From positions 62,001 through 126,000 of IMG/VR virus record IMGVR_UViG_3300044633_000899: a DNA stretch of 64,000 nt, one strand, 5' to 3'. Positions 1-10,039 of this stretch are shown one piece after another; the first letter of the stretch is position 1; each line of letters starts with the position of its first letter. Below the pieces are notes generated by a model. That model ran no database searches. It had not been told where the DNA came from and saw only the letters and a list, made by a program, of their open reading frames with translations. Made by a program: the position numbers and the translations under genes.

Positions 1-185
1 TTAGAAAGGGAACGAATTAACAAAATTGAATGTCCACTTTGTAAGTCAACCGATAAAATTCATCATATTAAAATAAATAATAATGGTATTATCGGTTCAG
101 GGTATTCTTCCTGGGTGACAGATGAATACTTAATTTGTAAAAGTTGTGGAATACATTATAGTGATAAAACAAAGTTAAAATAGAT

Positions 186-614
186 ATGGAAGGTTTAAAC
201 GTTAAAGATTTAAGATTTGGTAATTTAGTTAAAACAGTTTTGACCGATGAATATCATATACTTGATATATACGATTTAAGAGTTATTTCAGAAGGTAATT
301 ATCAAAATTCTTATAATCCAGATATTAAAGTTTTCAAACCGATTAGATTAAATAGAGATTATCTATTAAATTTAGGTTTTGAACAATGTGGTTATGATTT
401 GTTATATTGGAGACATCCAAGGTTATATAATATTGAGTTTGTTGGAATTAATTGGGCTGATGAGGAATTTCCAGAATATCAATTTTTAAATGCTGAGATT
501 TATGGTAATTTAATTAAAATTGATTATGTTCACCAAATTCAAAACTTTTTTAATATATTGACTGACGAAGAATTGGATATATCATTATTTTCTGTTGATG
601 ATTTAGATAATTAA
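186..614 (+). CDS. hypothetical phage protein
   Basis: 142-aa ORF, co-oriented with its neighbours. Confidence 0.65.
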   Translation: MEGLNVKDLRFGNLVKTVLTDEYHILDIYDLRVISEGNYQNSYNPDIKVFKPIRLNRDYLLNLGFEQCGYDLLYWRHPRLYNIEFVGINWADEEFPEYQFLNAEIYGNLIKIDYVHQIQNFFNILTDEELDISLFSVDDLDN

Positions 615-625
615 AATAATATTCA

Positions 626-633
626 TATATTTG
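626..633 (+). promoter_or_regulatory. Bacteroidota-type sigma-A -7 element (TATATTTG)
   Basis: Matches TAnnTTTG about 20 nt upstream of the ATG at 653. Confidence 0.6.
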
Positions 634-652
634 CAAAACAAAAATTAGTAAA

Positions 653-1561
653 ATGGAAAAAGAATTTGTACCATATAATATTGCCGTTAGATTAAAAGAA
701 CTTGGGTTTAATGATGAATGTTTTGGTTCTTATTATTTAGATAAAGATGAAAATCACCAGGAAGGTAAATTTGATTATAGAGGTGAACTTAATATTGAAT
801 ATTCAATATATAAAGAAAATACATATTACATTTTAGCACCAATTTACCAACAAGCATTTTCATTTCTAATCCCACTTCAAGATGAATTTAAAGTTTGTCT
901 AGATGAAAATGGTTGGTACATATATAATCTGGAAAGTCAAACATATTCAAGTAACGCATTAGAAAAACTATTATCAACAGTTGAGTTAAACCTGATAGTA
1001 AAACCCGATATTGATATAGTGATTGAAAATAAATCAGATTATTTTGAATATTTTATTTATCAATTGTTAACCAAATATAACAAAACTGAAGATAACGATT
1101 TTAGCCGAGTAAAAACATTGTTATTATTAACCTTTTTGGTTCATACAGACTCTGGTAGGGATGAATCAAATAAACTTATAAAAATATTATTTAATAATAT
1201 TGGCGCAAGACCACACGGTGCTTATGATTTTAATATCAGCAAAATAATGAACGAAAATAAACTAAAATATTTGGATATATCAACATCAAAAACAACAATA
1301 GCAAAAACTCCAGATTTTAGTGATTTAAATGTTGAATTAAAAAGAATAATTGATAAATCAATAGAGAAGTTATTAAATTATAACCCAGAGATTCTTGATT
1401 ATAACGTTAATCTGTTAATGGAAGTAAACAAGGACCATCGTTATTGGGATAGAAATTATCACCAAAATAGGGAAGTTTGGGACTTTGATAAACCGATTCC
1501 AATTAAAGAAATAATTGAATCTGAAAAATATTATAAATACAACATTTTTAAACTAATATAA
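653..1561 (+). CDS. hypothetical protein
   Basis: 302-aa ORF, no motif recognised. Confidence 0.65.
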   Translation: MEKEFVPYNIAVRLKELGFNDECFGSYYLDKDENHQEGKFDYRGELNIEYSIYKENTYYILAPIYQQAFSFLIPLQDEFKVCLDENGWYIYNLESQTYSSNALEKLLSTVELNLIVKPDIDIVIENKSDYFEYFIYQLLTKYNKTEDNDFSRVKTLLLLTFLVHTDSGRDESNKLIKILFNNIGARPHGAYDFNISKIMNENKLKYLDISTSKTTIAKTPDFSDLNVELKRIIDKSIEKLLNYNPEILDYNVNLLMEVNKDHRYWDRNYHQNREVWDFDKPIPIKEIIESEKYYKYNIFKLI

Positions 1562-1567
1562 AACAAT

Positions 1568-2644
1568 ATGAACAACAATTTAGATAAACAATACACAGAT
1601 TTATTACAGGATATTTTAGAGAATGGTACAAAAAAAGAAACTAGAAATGGTGGAACACTTTCAGTATTCGGAAGACAAATACGTCACAATATGAAAGATG
1701 GGTTTCCAGCCATTACTACCAAAAAAATGGTATTTAAGACAATGGTAACCGAATTGTTATGGTTCTTACGTGGTAGTTCAGATATTAGGTTTTTATGGGA
1801 AAACAATTGTAAAATCTGGGATGGTGATTGGGAAAAAAATTACAAAACTACTTGTTCAGAACCATATACAATAGAAGAAGTTAAACAAAAAGTAAAAGAT
1901 GGTAACCACCATTTTAACGATTCAATGTTTGATATGGGATTAATTTACGGTAAGCAGTGGAGAAGTTGGAGAGGAAAAAATGGTATGATTGGCGAGAAAG
2001 ATGAAGATGGGGTAAGAGTAATTAATTGGGAGAAAATAGATCAAATTGCAAACCTAATCAACGACCTTAAAACAAACCCAGATTCACGTAGGTTACTTGT
2101 GTCAGCGTGGAATCCCGCAGATTTACCACATCAAGTCCTTCCACCTTGTCATTATGGATTTCAAGTTTATACAAGAGAGTTGAGTGAGAAAGAAAGGTAT
2201 AATCTTTTAAAAAATTACAAAGGGTTATTATGTTATGATGGTATAGGAAATGTTATGGAATATTATGATTCTATTAATATTCCTAAACGAGCAATCTCAT
2301 TAATGTATAATTGCAGAAGCCAGGACGTACCATTAGGAACCCCATTTAATTTAGCATCTTACGGATTGTTATTAGAAATCATTGCAAAAACCGTTAATAT
2401 GGTTCCTGACGAATTGATTACAAATATGGGTGATTGTCATATCTATCTAAATCAAATTGATGGTGTTAAAGAACAATTAACAAGAGAACCTTATCCACTA
2501 CCAACCCTAAAACATATGAAAACTGATGAGTTTTATAAATCATTAGGTGAGGATTTATCATTGTTATCACATTTAACAGTTGATGATTTTGTTTTGGAAA
2601 ACTATAAGTCACACCCAAAAATTTATTTTCCGCTTTCAAATTAA
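1568..2644 (+). CDS. thyA: thymidylate synthase
   Basis: TTKK..K....ELLWFLRG, MGLIYGKQWR, DSRRLLVSAWNP, LPPCH, RSQDVPLGTPFN, GDCHIY motifs. Confidence 0.97.
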   Translation: MNNNLDKQYTDLLQDILENGTKKETRNGGTLSVFGRQIRHNMKDGFPAITTKKMVFKTMVTELLWFLRGSSDIRFLWENNCKIWDGDWEKNYKTTCSEPYTIEEVKQKVKDGNHHFNDSMFDMGLIYGKQWRSWRGKNGMIGEKDEDGVRVINWEKIDQIANLINDLKTNPDSRRLLVSAWNPADLPHQVLPPCHYGFQVYTRELSEKERYNLLKNYKGLLCYDGIGNVMEYYDSINIPKRAISLMYNCRSQDVPLGTPFNLASYGLLLEIIAKTVNMVPDELITNMGDCHIYLNQIDGVKEQLTREPYPLPTLKHMKTDEFYKSLGEDLSLLSHLTVDDFVLENYKSHPKIYFPLSN

Positions 2645-2647
2645 ATT

Positions 2648-3472
2648 ATGACTAAATTTATTACAATATTTAAACAGTATAAGCGAGAACTAACATGGGT
2701 ATACTTATTTATGCTACTTGCCGAACTATCTATACTATCAACACCGTTTTTACTTGGTAAAAGTATTGACGGATTGATTTCTGGTAATTGGTATTGGATA
2801 TGTCTATTAGGTTTGTCGTATTGTATATCCAATTTTTTCATATATAAAAGAATGGTATATGATACAAAAATATACAGTAAAATTTATAACGGTATAGTAT
2901 TACCTTTTCTTGAAAAGACTAACGTGGATGTTTCAACTAAAATTGCTAGAACCGATATGGCGCATGATGTTGTTGGTGTGTTGGAAGGACACGTTCATTA
3001 TTATATCGCAACAATTGTTACGATTATTGGTTCACTAGTTTTTATATATACAGAAAACTGGAAAGTGGGATTGTTAGTTAGTATTTCAACAGTCTTTATT
3101 ATAGGAGCAGTATTTATACTATACAAAAAAATAAAACAAGTAATCATTGTAAGAAATAATCAACATGAAAAAAAATCTAAGTCTATAGAAGGTGGATATT
3201 CAAGTTCAGAAACATTTTTTAAGAGAAAAAGACGTATTGAAATTTATGACTCAACAATACAAGGTAAAAATTGGTTTCTAGTAAATAGTATTAAATATCT
3301 ATTTCTTTTATTATCAATCATATTATTAGTTACCACCACAAAAAATATCACAATAGGTAGTGTAATTACTGTCTACTCTTACGTTAATAATTTTCTCATA
3401 TCTATGATGTCAGCACCTGTTATAGTTGAGATGTATTTACGTATGACTGACATATTAAATAGATTAGATTAA
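2648..3472 (+). CDS. ABC-transporter-like six-TM membrane domain protein (no NBD)
   Basis: Several hydrophobic helices; TPFLLGKSIDGLI resembles the start of an ABC exporter TM domain. Confidence 0.5.
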   Translation: MTKFITIFKQYKRELTWVYLFMLLAELSILSTPFLLGKSIDGLISGNWYWICLLGLSYCISNFFIYKRMVYDTKIYSKIYNGIVLPFLEKTNVDVSTKIARTDMAHDVVGVLEGHVHYYIATIVTIIGSLVFIYTENWKVGLLVSISTVFIIGAVFILYKKIKQVIIVRNNQHEKKSKSIEGGYSSSETFFKRKRRIEIYDSTIQGKNWFLVNSIKYLFLLLSIILLVTTTKNITIGSVITVYSYVNNFLISMMSAPVIVEMYLRMTDILNRLD

Positions 3473-3491
3473 AATTTTAAAAAATTAAGTT

Positions 3492-3860
3492 ATGGCAACA
3501 TTAACAACACAATATAAAAATTATCTTAAAGATAATCATAAAACATCTGACGATCTATCATATAATGATTGGGTAACAAATGTGTTTTTACCAAAATTTA
3601 CAGGGATTGAAACTATGTTTATAGATATTGAAACGGAACACTTAACATTAAAACCAGATGGTAAAAACAGATATTTGGTTTATTTCAAACAGAATATGAA
3701 ATGTCTAGGTGCGTTCTCAATGGATGTTGACGGGTATTATTATTTTTGGTCAAATAATGATAGTGGTTGTTGGGGTTCGTATGAATTAAGAATGATAGCA
3801 GATGCTTTGGACAAAGTTAATAAACCTTATGACGATCACATTAAAGAAAATTTGAAATGA
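3492..3860 (+). CDS. hypothetical protein
   Basis: 122-aa ORF in operon. Confidence 0.6.
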   Translation: MATLTTQYKNYLKDNHKTSDDLSYNDWVTNVFLPKFTGIETMFIDIETEHLTLKPDGKNRYLVYFKQNMKCLGAFSMDVDGYYYFWSNNDSGCWGSYELRMIADALDKVNKPYDDHIKENLK

Positions 3861-3940
3861 TAGAAGAAACCTTGAGTTTAGCCATTGGACTTTTTGCGGC
3901 AACAATGGTATTATTAATATTAATAACAGATTTTGAATAA
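3857..3940 (+). CDS. small single-TM peptide (27 aa, not in ORF track)
   Basis: MIEETLSLAIGLFAATMVLLILITDFE; ATGA overlap upstream and TAATG overlap downstream. Confidence 0.5.
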   Translation: MIEETLSLAIGLFAATMVLLILITDFE

Positions 3941-4740
3941 TGATTGAAACCCCCTTTAATTACACAGGATCCAAGTATAAATTACTGGATCAGATATTAC
4001 CCCACTTTAATTATAATAAATCAAATTTTGTTGATGTGTTTTGTGGTGGTGGATCCGTATATACCAATGTTTTGGGCAAATACGAGAAAATTATAATCAA
4101 CGATATTATTTCCGACTTGATTGGAATTCATTGTGGTTTAATGGTTGACGATAATATTATTGAGTTAACAAAGGGATTATGTCCAGGTAAAGAAAACCCA
4201 GAAGGTTATTCAATTTTAAGGACTGATTATAATGAAATGCCGACACCAGAAAAACTATGGGCATTAATGTTGAGTTGTACTAATAATATGATGAGGTTTA
4301 ATCAAAAATTTAAGTTTAATCAGACGTACGGGAATAGAGGTTGGAATCAAAATACAGATAAAAAAGTTAATAATTTCATTAACCACATTAGGGAATATAA
4401 GAACAAGATTGAATATTCATCAACACATTTTGAAAATTTGAACTTTAATGAAAATCATATGTTATATGTTGATCCACCATATTCAAATACGGAAGCAGGA
4501 TATAACGCTTTTTGGAAAAAAGATGATGATCTTAAACTGTATGACTGGTTAGTTGATAATGATAAAAATGGCTTATCATTTGTTGTGTCAGGAACATTAA
4601 TCCACGATGGTAAATCTTGTGTGTTACTTGACAAGTTAATTTCAGATGGTTATAATTTGGTTGAGTTAGATTTTGATTACAATAAAGTTTCAAGAAAGGG
4701 TGACAAAATAACAAAAGAAATATTAATTAAAAATTATTGA
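3940..4740 (+). CDS. dam: Dam-like DNA adenine methyltransferase
   Basis: PFNYTGSK, DVFCGGGSV (motif I), YVDPPY (motif IV). Confidence 0.88.
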   Translation: MIETPFNYTGSKYKLLDQILPHFNYNKSNFVDVFCGGGSVYTNVLGKYEKIIINDIISDLIGIHCGLMVDDNIIELTKGLCPGKENPEGYSILRTDYNEMPTPEKLWALMLSCTNNMMRFNQKFKFNQTYGNRGWNQNTDKKVNNFINHIREYKNKIEYSSTHFENLNFNENHMLYVDPPYSNTEAGYNAFWKKDDDLKLYDWLVDNDKNGLSFVVSGTLIHDGKSCVLLDKLISDGYNLVELDFDYNKVSRKGDKITKEILIKNY

Positions 4741-4949
4741 TTATGGAAAAAAAATTAACTGGTAGACTAATGATTCAGTTTGGTGATAACGAACCAACAA
4801 AGGTTAAAGATGTTTACAATTATGAATGTGTTGATTTTGGGATAAAACAAAGTCCAATTTTAAATGATGATATGCAAAGGAAGTTAACAAGAAAAGAATT
4901 TAAGGACAATTCTGGTAATTCGGTCGTATTTTTTATTGAGAATATATGA
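4737..4949 (+). CDS. hypothetical protein
   Basis: Coupled ORF in operon. Confidence 0.55.
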   Translation: MIMEKKLTGRLMIQFGDNEPTKVKDVYNYECVDFGIKQSPILNDDMQRKLTRKEFKDNSGNSVVFFIENI

Positions 4950-5218
4950 GAAAATTAAACGCACTTAAAAATACATTTCCGGATATTATTAAACAATGGG
5001 ACGACCTCAAAGTGGTAGACAACTCAAACAAACCCAATATAGCAGAATTAATGGGAAGTGAAGCCGGTAAACTTTTAAAAGAAGAGTTTAACCAACTTGA
5101 TGATTTGAATGACTATTTGAGAATGTTGGCCGATATGGATAAGATTGGAATTAGAAGAAAGATTGTTCTTATTGAAGGATATATAGATAATTTAAAAAAA
5201 AATAAACAAGTAAAATAA
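4946..5218 (+). CDS. hypothetical protein
   Basis: Coupled ORF in operon. Confidence 0.55.
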   Translation: MRKLNALKNTFPDIIKQWDDLKVVDNSNKPNIAELMGSEAGKLLKEEFNQLDDLNDYLRMLADMDKIGIRRKIVLIEGYIDNLKKNKQVK

Positions 5219-5222
5219 AGAA

Positions 5223-5855
5223 ATGAAATTAGAAGAATTTGTTACAAAACTTTGTGATGAAAAAACTGCGTTAAACCAAAAAAATGAGGAATCAACGATT
5301 GATTACCTTAAAGGTATTGTTCCAATCTTAAATTCAAAAGTACTTGAAGAAGTTAAAGATGAACTATTAAAACTTGACGTGTTTTCAGAATGTGAGGATT
5401 TGGAAATAGTACATATTCCAACATTTGTATTGGAAGATGGTAAACCAGTATTGGTACAAAGTTTTAAGTATGGAGAAGGAATGAAACTCAAAGGTAAGTG
5501 TTATTTGTATTCAATATCTCTAACACCCGAAATGTATGATCCAATAAAGGCGTTTGAACCGGTTAAAAATGGGGCATCAATATCACGAACAATATATGAC
5601 CCAATGACATTTGAACCAAGAAAACATATTTTATTAACTTGGTCACCAGAAATGGCTCAAGATTTAAGAGGATCTAATGATGAAAAAACATTAAGAAACG
5701 ATATTCACAAATTATTGGATGATGTGTTAGATAATCCTGAAGAGTATAGGACCAAAGGAACTAGACACGTTTTAATAAGAGGTGTGTTTGAAACCGTTGA
5801 GAACAAAAGACGTGAACCAAGTTATTTGGTTGGTGAAGAACTTAAATCCGAATAA
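5223..5855 (+). CDS. hypothetical protein
   Basis: 210-aa ORF. Confidence 0.65.
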   Translation: MKLEEFVTKLCDEKTALNQKNEESTIDYLKGIVPILNSKVLEEVKDELLKLDVFSECEDLEIVHIPTFVLEDGKPVLVQSFKYGEGMKLKGKCYLYSISLTPEMYDPIKAFEPVKNGASISRTIYDPMTFEPRKHILLTWSPEMAQDLRGSNDEKTLRNDIHKLLDDVLDNPEEYRTKGTRHVLIRGVFETVENKRREPSYLVGEELKSE

Positions 5856-5889
5856 TAAAGTAAAATAGTTTTTACAAAAACTGATTAAT

Positions 5890-6123
5890 ATGAAAACAAG
5901 GATTCACGTAAACCAGCACCACGTTAGATCTAACAAAACCAAAGATACTGATCTTCCTGTTATAACCATTAAACAAGGTAGGAAGAACACCTATTGTAAT
6001 GAAGTAGAAATACTTGGACCAAGTAAAATAAAGTATTGTGGGAGTGGGGATAAAAAACCAATTCTTAGTTGTGGAGCAAGAGTGGTTATTGAAACAGAAA
6101 GTGAAATAAAGATTATAAGTTAA
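5890..6123 (+). CDS. conserved small phage protein
   Basis: IHVNQH..R.N....LPVIT.K.G..N.YC.EV.I.GPS pattern, recalled from large phages. Confidence 0.6.
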   Translation: MKTRIHVNQHHVRSNKTKDTDLPVITIKQGRKNTYCNEVEILGPSKIKYCGSGDKKPILSCGARVVIETESEIKIIS

Positions 6124-6132
6124 ATTAAATAT

Positions 6133-6867
6133 ATGAATTACGGAAAAGAATTTAAAAGTTTTGCAAAGAGCGAAGGAATTTCATCATTAACGATGGATTA
6201 TTATCAAAAACATATTGAGAACTCATTGACACCATACATTTTGGAAGAACGTGAATTACGAGCAACACAGATGGATATTTTCTCAAGATTAATCTTGGAT
6301 AGGATTGTTTGGGCATCAGGTACCGTTGATTCAAAAATGGGAGACATTATACAAGCACAATTAATATTTTTGGACACAACAGATAAAAAGGACATTAATT
6401 TATATCTTAACACTGGTGGTGGATCCGTTATGGTTGGATTGGGAATTCGTGATGTAATGAATTATATTAATTCGGATGTTGCAACGACAAACCTCGGAAT
6501 GTGTGCGTCAATGGGATCAATATTATTATCATCTGGGACAAAGGGAAAACGAAGTTCGTTATTATCATCCAAAGTTATGACACACTTTGTTAGTCACGGA
6601 ACAAGTGGTAACATACAAGATACAAGAATTAATCAATTAGAGGCCGAAAAATACAATTATATGTTATTTAAAATTTTGGCCGAAAACTCTGGAAAAACTT
6701 TTGATGAAATATATGAATTGTCTAGACGAGACTGTTGGTTTAACTCAGATGAATCAAAAGAGATTGGTTTAATTGACAATATTATTGGTCTTGAAAAAGA
6801 TAAGTCAATAACCAATTATTTGGAAGGATTTGAAGAATATTACGCTAAAGAAGTTTTTAAATCTTAA
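6133..6867 (+). CDS. clpP: ATP-dependent Clp protease proteolytic subunit
   Basis: MDIFSRLILDRI, AQLIFLD, DINLYLNTGGGSV, GMCASMG (Ser), VMTH (His), RDCWF (Asp). Confidence 0.93.
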   Translation: MNYGKEFKSFAKSEGISSLTMDYYQKHIENSLTPYILEERELRATQMDIFSRLILDRIVWASGTVDSKMGDIIQAQLIFLDTTDKKDINLYLNTGGGSVMVGLGIRDVMNYINSDVATTNLGMCASMGSILLSSGTKGKRSSLLSSKVMTHFVSHGTSGNIQDTRINQLEAEKYNYMLFKILAENSGKTFDEIYELSRRDCWFNSDESKEIGLIDNIIGLEKDKSITNYLEGFEEYYAKEVFKS

Positions 6868-6868
6868 A

Positions 6869-7249
6869 TTATTTGTTTTTGATGATTATATCAGATATTA
6901 GGTCGTAATACATATCCGCGACAACATCTTCATCCATATCTTCATCTTTAACTTCGTTAAAACCAATTGCGTATAATAGGTTAATAATATCAAAATAATA
7001 GAATGGTAAATCAACAACACTAGGTAGCCCTTGAAGCCATTCTATTATTGCTTTTTTCTCACCCATTCTGTTAATCGCCCAACCGTACTCACTTTGGAAT
7101 ATATTATATAACGAACCAAATTTATCACTTGAATTTTCGTATTCATCATAACCAGTTAAATCAATACCTTCTTCAACAAAGGACTCCAATTCTTCAAAAG
7201 GTGTTTTTTCAATATATTCCAATAATATTCTTTTTATAATTTTTTTCAT
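6869..7249 (-). CDS. leader-bearing hypothetical protein (putative virion cargo)
   Basis: Starts MKKIIKRILLEYIE; TATTTAT just upstream on the minus strand. Confidence 0.6.
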   Translation of the reverse strand: MKKIIKRILLEYIEKTPFEELESFVEEGIDLTGYDEYENSSDKFGSLYNIFQSEYGWAINRMGEKKAIIEWLQGLPSVVDLPFYYFDIINLLYAIGFNEVKDEDMDEDVVADMYYDLISDIIIKNK

Positions 7250-7260
7250 ATCAATAAATA

Positions 7261-8082
7261 TTATCCAACTAACAAATTGTGATATTTTTTAAACTTTTCT
7301 AATCTATCGTCAATACCATTTTCACCACCATTGATACGTTTAGTAAGTTTTTTAACAACCTCATCTGTTGAACCAAGATCACATATTGACCAAAGTTTGT
7401 TTGACTCAAAGAAAAACCCAGCGGAAGCCAAAGGGTATTTTGTTGCAACAAGATCTGGATTAGCAACACAATCTTCACCAATAAAGTCAGAAAATTTTTT
7501 ATAATTGGACTTACCGGTCGCTTGTAGGTAACCTCGCCCACGAAATTTATATCCCTCTTTAGATACTTCATCTCCGTTATCCATACGGTTAGCATAAACC
7601 CTTGACGCAATCTTTTCTGGTTGTTTAGCATATGATTCAGCCAAGTTACCAGGAAAGTATTTACCAAACGTTCTTTTTAATCCGTCAACAGAATAATTTA
7701 AATTTTCTGATACTACTTTAAAATTACCTGACTCGTGGGCACATTGTGATAAAAAGTGAGCAAGTCTGAGATTTGTTGTGATATTAAATTTATTAGCGGC
7801 TTCTGGTATTTGGTTTAATACAACATCAGGGATATGACCCTTTAGTTTCTCAATGTTTAGTCCTGTTACTGGTTTGATTACTACATCTTCTTTAATTACA
7901 ATCGGAAACATTTTGTTCCACGTTATACTACCAACAACACCGTCATCTTTTAGTCCGTTTTCTTTTTGCCAAGACTTAATAGCACTTTCAGTTTTTGAAC
8001 CAAAACTACCGTCAGCAACTAGTCCTAATTTTTTTTGGATTTTTTTTACATCATCACCTTTTGAACCAATTTTAATTTCCAT
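7261..8082 (-). CDS. endolysin: peptidoglycan-binding domain + GH19 glycosidase
   Basis: N-terminal GSKGDDVKKIQ..ADG.FG..TE..IK.WQ..NGL..DG.VG; AHFLSQCAHESGNF, FRGRGYLQATG, TKRINGG. Confidence 0.9.
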   Translation of the reverse strand: MEIKIGSKGDDVKKIQKKLGLVADGSFGSKTESAIKSWQKENGLKDDGVVGSITWNKMFPIVIKEDVVIKPVTGLNIEKLKGHIPDVVLNQIPEAANKFNITTNLRLAHFLSQCAHESGNFKVVSENLNYSVDGLKRTFGKYFPGNLAESYAKQPEKIASRVYANRMDNGDEVSKEGYKFRGRGYLQATGKSNYKKFSDFIGEDCVANPDLVATKYPLASAGFFFESNKLWSICDLGSTDEVVKKLTKRINGGENGIDDRLEKFKKYHNLLVG

Positions 8083-8095
8083 AATATTTCTTTAG

Positions 8096-8111
8096 TTATA
8101 AATATTTATAA
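8096..8111. promoter_or_regulatory. palindromic bidirectional late-type promoter TTATAAATATTTATAA
   Basis: Perfect 16-bp palindrome giving the TATTTAT motif on both strands, between divergent genes. Confidence 0.55.
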
Positions 8112-8121
8112 ATAAAGAATT

Positions 8122-8730
8122 ATGAGTTATAGTAGAGAACAAATTGAAACGGCAGTTAAAGCCAAAGGATATAAGTGGTTTGAAGACGCTTCAAATAAAA
8201 CTTATGATGTAAACATTGTTGGAATAAGAAATAACACATCAACTGTTGCTGATAAAGTAACAAATGTATTTGACGATTTCATTACAATATCGTTTAAAAA
8301 TGAGAAAGGTTTTTGGGAATTTTATTGTTGGAACGCAACTACAGATCCAGGTAAAAAAGGTGTTGAAAAATTTACAAATAAAAATGGCGTTGCTAGATTA
8401 GTACCAAATCAATACAGAGGTGTTTGGATGATTGATAAACATCAAGGTAAATATGACGCATTATGTCAAAGATTAGATAACGTGACTGTATTTCGTGATG
8501 CTAACAAGGATATGACATATGATGAAAAAGTTACAGACACTGGTATGTTTGGTATTAACATACACAAGGCCGGTCAAGATTCCACATGGGTTGACGATTG
8601 GAGTCACGGATGTCAAGTGTTTAAAAGGGTTAAAGATTTTGATGTGTTTATGAAAATTTGTAAAAAAGCGGCTAAGATACACGGTAATAAATTCAGTTAT
8701 ACATTATTAGAAAGTACTGATATTATTTGA
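8122..8730 (+). CDS. YkuD/L,D-transpeptidase-like cysteine peptidase
   Basis: GINIHKAG-x9-WSHGCQV matches the H..S.GC catalytic signature. Confidence 0.55.
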   Translation: MSYSREQIETAVKAKGYKWFEDASNKTYDVNIVGIRNNTSTVADKVTNVFDDFITISFKNEKGFWEFYCWNATTDPGKKGVEKFTNKNGVARLVPNQYRGVWMIDKHQGKYDALCQRLDNVTVFRDANKDMTYDEKVTDTGMFGINIHKAGQDSTWVDDWSHGCQVFKRVKDFDVFMKICKKAAKIHGNKFSYTLLESTDII

Positions 8731-8757
8731 TATTTAAAATCTTTTTTATTACATTTG
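8726..8757 (+). promoter_or_regulatory. Bacteroidota-type promoter TTTG-N20-TACATTTG
   Basis: Both elements present, directly before the ATG at 8762. Confidence 0.7.
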
Positions 8758-8761
8758 TGGT

Positions 8762-9460
8762 ATGAAAAAAAGATTGACATTTATTTCGGATACACACACC
8801 AAACACGACAAACTAAATGGTTTCTTACCTAGTGGTGATATTTTATTGTGTGCCGGAGACATATCTAGTCGTGGATCTATAACTGAACTTGAAAATTTTT
8901 TCAAGTGGTTTGATGGTATTGACAATTATGATACCAAAGTATTTATTGCGGGTAATCACGACTTTGGTTTTCAAGATGAGAACGAAAAAATAAAAGGATT
9001 ACTTACTGGATATAAAACCATAGAATATCTTCAAGACGAAAGGTTGGATCTTTTTGATGAAGAAGATCAACAATTAGTAATTTATGGTTCGCCTTGGCAA
9101 CCAGAATTTAATAATTGGGCATTTAATTTACCTCGTGGTGAAAAGATAAAAGAAAAGTGGGATTTAATCCCAAATGATGTTGATATCTTAATAACGCATG
9201 GTCCACCATTTAGTAAATTGGATTATGTACCGTACAATAATATCAATGTTGGTTGTGAAGAATTATTATTAAAAGTTCAGGGAATTAAACCTAAAATTCA
9301 CCTCTTTGGCCATATTCACGAGGGTTCTGGATATGTTTTTGATGGAAATACCCACTATATCAATGCTGCCGTTTTAAATGGTCGTTACGAATTTAGAAAC
9401 AAACCAATAACTGTTGATTTTGATTTTGAAACCAATGAGATTGATTTCATTGATATTTAA
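8762..9460 (+). CDS. metallophosphoesterase (MPPED-like)
   Basis: SDTH, CAGD, AGNHD, THGPP, GHIHE motifs. Confidence 0.9.
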   Translation: MKKRLTFISDTHTKHDKLNGFLPSGDILLCAGDISSRGSITELENFFKWFDGIDNYDTKVFIAGNHDFGFQDENEKIKGLLTGYKTIEYLQDERLDLFDEEDQQLVIYGSPWQPEFNNWAFNLPRGEKIKEKWDLIPNDVDILITHGPPFSKLDYVPYNNINVGCEELLLKVQGIKPKIHLFGHIHEGSGYVFDGNTHYINAAVLNGRYEFRNKPITVDFDFETNEIDFIDI

Positions 9461-9505
9461 TTCACTTTTTTCTAAAAGTTCATAATATTTATATAAAAAA
9501 ATATT

Positions 9506-10039
9506 ATGGGAAAAAATGTAGATTTAACTGAACAATTGTATGAAGAGTTAAAAAAAAGAAATATGCTTGAACAAGAAGAAATTGAAGATCAGGATGACAC
9601 GGATGAAGAAGAAGAGACTATTTCTGATGAAGATAATGATGAAGATGACGATAATGAAGATGAGGTAGAATCAAATGATGATTTTTGTGAAATGGTTTGT
9701 AATATATTACACTCAAGAAATCAAGCGCATGTGTTTCACCTTCAGACACAATCATTCGCTGAACACAAAGCATTAAACGATTATTATGACGGTGTTGTTG
9801 ATTTATTTGATGGTATCATAGAGTCTTACCAAGGTAAGTATGGTATTATTAAAAATTTTAAAACTTTTAAAATTAATCAATACAAAAATAAAAATAAAAC
9901 AATTTCATATTTTGAAAGTTTATTAGATATCATTGAAAATAATAGAGATTCTGTTGATGATACATATATTCAGAATCAAATAGATACTGTCCAGGAATTA
10001 ATTAATTCAACAATATATAAATTAAAATATCTTAAATAA
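9506..10039 (+). CDS. ferritin/Dps-like protein (DUF5856-like) with acidic N-terminal tract
   Basis: HSRNQAHVFHLQT.S.AEHKALNDYY....DL.D...ESYQG; D/E-rich N-terminus. Confidence 0.55.
   Translation: MGKNVDLTEQLYEELKKRNMLEQEEIEDQDDTDEEEETISDEDNDEDDDNEDEVESNDDFCEMVCNILHSRNQAHVFHLQTQSFAEHKALNDYYDGVVDLFDGIIESYQGKYGIIKNFKTFKINQYKNKNKTISYFESLLDIIENNRDSVDDTYIQNQIDTVQELINSTIYKLKYLK

Noticed and set aside
1568-2644. Intron or intein in thyA
   Set aside because: The ORF is continuous; the inserts are short and lack intein or HNH motifs.
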